From positions 1 through 63,139 of the forward strand of contig NW_022985743.1 of NCBI RefSeq assembly GCF_902459465.1: DNA of 63,139 bases, written 5' to 3'. This stretch comes from Asterias rubens. Taxonomy: Eukaryota. Position 1 is the stretch's first letter; each line of letters starts with the position of its first letter. Of the stretch, positions 60,901 through 63,139 are shown piece by piece. Both the position numbers and the translations under genes were made by a program. Under the pieces are notes generated by a model. The model did no database searches. It worked only from the letters and a program-made list of their open reading frames with translations, and had not been told where the DNA came from.

Positions 60901-63139
60901 TTTCAACCAGTCGATACTGCCCATCTATGTTAACCATTGTCAGTGGAGCCTTCATAAAAGGCACGTTGGCAGTCTAGGGTCTTTTAATAAAGAATTTAAC
61001 TTCTGTGACATAAATTTTTTGTTTTATCCGATATAAAATGTTGGTTGATAAAACTTTTGCCTACTGAGTCTACGAATTCAAACTATAAACTTCACTTTTG
61101 CGCTATGAAAAATTCGCATATAAAAAGAAGAAGAAATTAAATTGGCTTGATAAATTATGTGTTAACTCAAGTGCTTACTTACGAACACCTCATTAAAAAG
61201 GAAAGTAACATTTAAAGAAAATCTCAGAGCTTTAAATGTAGTTTTACTTTCTTTAGTATAGTTTTTTCCCCCGTGCAATGAACCATATCTAATTTGTGGC
61301 TGTATGGAATCAACCGGACATTAAACTATTCATGTGACGTCACGCTATTGCTGTGAGGGACCGTGTTCACGTAGGGACCGTAAGCAACAACTTTAAAGAT
61401 TGCTGAAACTTATTCACTACATGTATACATATCTTTTCCTGATTCTCACATCAAATGGTTAGACCTACACCTACTAGTCTATGCGGTGGGCCATTATATA
61501 ATCACAATACATGGCTTCGGTTGTCATGGTTAAGCAAAACTTAATCACCATTGTTCAAAAACCGCGTCCTATCCTTCAACAAGTAAACCTTTGTGTTAGA
61601 TGGTCTGTCCACTACGCTTTAGTTCATTGTTAATAACAATAGTGCTTGCCAGTTGTAGAAAGATACCACAAAATGTCCCTTTCAACCAGTCGATACTGCC
61701 CATCTATGTTAACCATTGCCAGTGGAGCCTTCATGTAAGGCACGTTGGCAGTCTAGGGTCTTTTAATAAAGAACTTAACTCTTGTGACATAACTTTTTTG
61801 TTTTATCCGATATAAAATGTTGGTTGATAAAACTTTTGCCTACTGAGTCTATGAATTCAAACTATAAAATTCACTTTTGCGCTATGAAAAATTCGCATAT
61901 AAAATAGAGAAGAAATTAAATTGGATTGATAAATTATGTGTTAACTCAAGTGCTTACTTACGAACACCTCATTAAAAAGGAAAGTAACATTTAAAGAAAA
62001 TCTCAGAGCTTTAAATGTAGTTTTACTTTCTTTAGTATAGTTTTTTCCCCCGTGCAATGAACCATATCTAATTTGTGGCTGTATGGAATCAACCGGACAT
62101 TAAACTATTCATGTGACGTCACGCTATTGCTGTGAGGGACCGTGTTCACGTAGGGACCGTAAGCAACAACTTTAAAGATTGCTGAAACTTATTCACTACA
62201 TGTATACATATCTTTTCCTGGTTCTCACATCAAATGGTTAGGCCTACACGTACTAGTCTATGCGGTGGCCCATTATATAATCACAATACATGGCTTCGGT
62301 TGTCATGGTTAAGCAAAACTAAATCACCTTTGTTCCAAAACCGCACGTCCTTTACTCCAACAAGTTAACTTTTGTGTTAGATTGTCTGTCCACTACGCTT
62401 TGGTTCATTGTTAATAACAATAGTGCTTGCCAGTTGTAGAAAGATACTACAAAATGTCCCTTTCAACCAGTCGATACTGCCCATCTATGTTAACCATTGC
62501 CAGTGGAGCCTTCATAAAGGCACGTTGGCAGTCTAGGGTCTTTTAATAAAGAACTTAACTTCTGTGACATAACTTTTTTGTTTTATCCGATATAAAATGT
62601 TGGTTGATAAAACTTTTGCCTACTGAGTCTACGAATTCAAACTATAAAATTCACTTTTGCGCTATGAAAAATTCGCATATAAAATAGAGAAGAAATTAAA
62701 TTGGATTGATAAATTATGTGTTAACTCAAGTGCTTACTTATTAACATCTTATTAAAAAGGAAAGTAACATTTAAAGAAAATCTCAGAGCTTTAAATGTAG
62801 TTTTACTTTCTTTAGTATAGTTTTTTCCCCCGTGCAATGAACCATATCTAATTTGTGGCTGTATGGAATCAACCGGGCATTAAACTATTCATGTGACGTC
62901 ACGCTATTGCTGTGAGGGACCGTGTTCACGTAGGGACCGTAAGCAACAACTTTAAAGATTGCTGAAACTTATTCACTACATGTATACATATCTTTTCCTG
63001 GTTCTCACATCAAATGGTTAGGCCTACACGTACTAGTCTATGCGGTGGCCCATTATATAATCACAATACATGGCTTCGGTTGTCATGGTTAAGCAAAACT
63101 AAATCACCTTTGTTCCAAAACCGCACGTCCTTTACTCCA
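54990..63139. repeat. ~780-bp macrosatellite (11 units seen, runs off the right edge) with A/B dimeric higher-order structure
   Basis: TGACGTCA marker at 55111, 55869, 56655, 57434, 58217, 58996, 59776, 60554, 61335, 62114, 62894 (spacing 758-786). Diagnostic variants alternate (GATACCAC/GTAAGGC versus GATACTAC/AAAAGGC). Confidence 0.98.

Noticed and set aside
55356-61815. Recurrent 62-75-aa ORFs with a signal-peptide-like start in each macrosatellite unit
   Set aside because: Persistence is expected at ~94% identity. A/B differences are mostly amino-acid changing (P/L, V/K, L/F, S/F), the A type lacks the upstream ATG, and no domain is recognisable.
54990-63139. CRISPR-like or rRNA/snRNA tandem gene array
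   Set aside because: There are no unique spacers, and I saw no match to 5S, U1, U2, U5 or U6. A 10-nt GGCAGTATCG match to U4 on the minus strand does not extend.

Overview
AT-rich, intron-containing animal genomic DNA. The repeat families and gene content suggest an invertebrate deuterostome, probably a sea star (inference, not tested). A ~45-kb island of seven spliced genes lies between two tandem arrays: a ~105-115-bp A-rich satellite (1-~4020) and a ~780-bp macrosatellite with alternating A/B units (~54990-end). Genes were rebuilt by hand from splice sites and reading frame: CNBD2-like cyclic-nucleotide-binding protein (+, 9 exons, one GC-AG intron), LEG1 homolog (-, 2 exons), acid ceramidase ASAH1 (+, 12 exons), copper chaperone ATOX1 (+, 3 exons), ZMAT2 (+, 5 exons), LAMTOR1 (+, 6 coding exons) and LRRC51 (-, 3 coding exons). 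A 1.94-kb non-autonomous Helitron (A|TC...hairpin-CTAG|T) carries two nested TIR elements, and its empty target site survives in a second copy ~3 kb downstream. Introns hold many TTAA-flanked and other MITEs plus tRNA-derived SINEs. Most ORF-track entries are spurious or single-exon fragments. No rRNA, intact tRNA or CRISPR array was seen, and I found no clearly new multi-gene system. The best leads are the nested Helitron, the macrosatellite's invariant CRE-bearing block, CLEAR-like boxes at three promoters, the LAMTOR1-LRRC51 synteny, an intron-poor invertebrate LEG1 and a duplicated ATOX1 splice acceptor. All family names come from recall and by-eye comparison; no database search was run.
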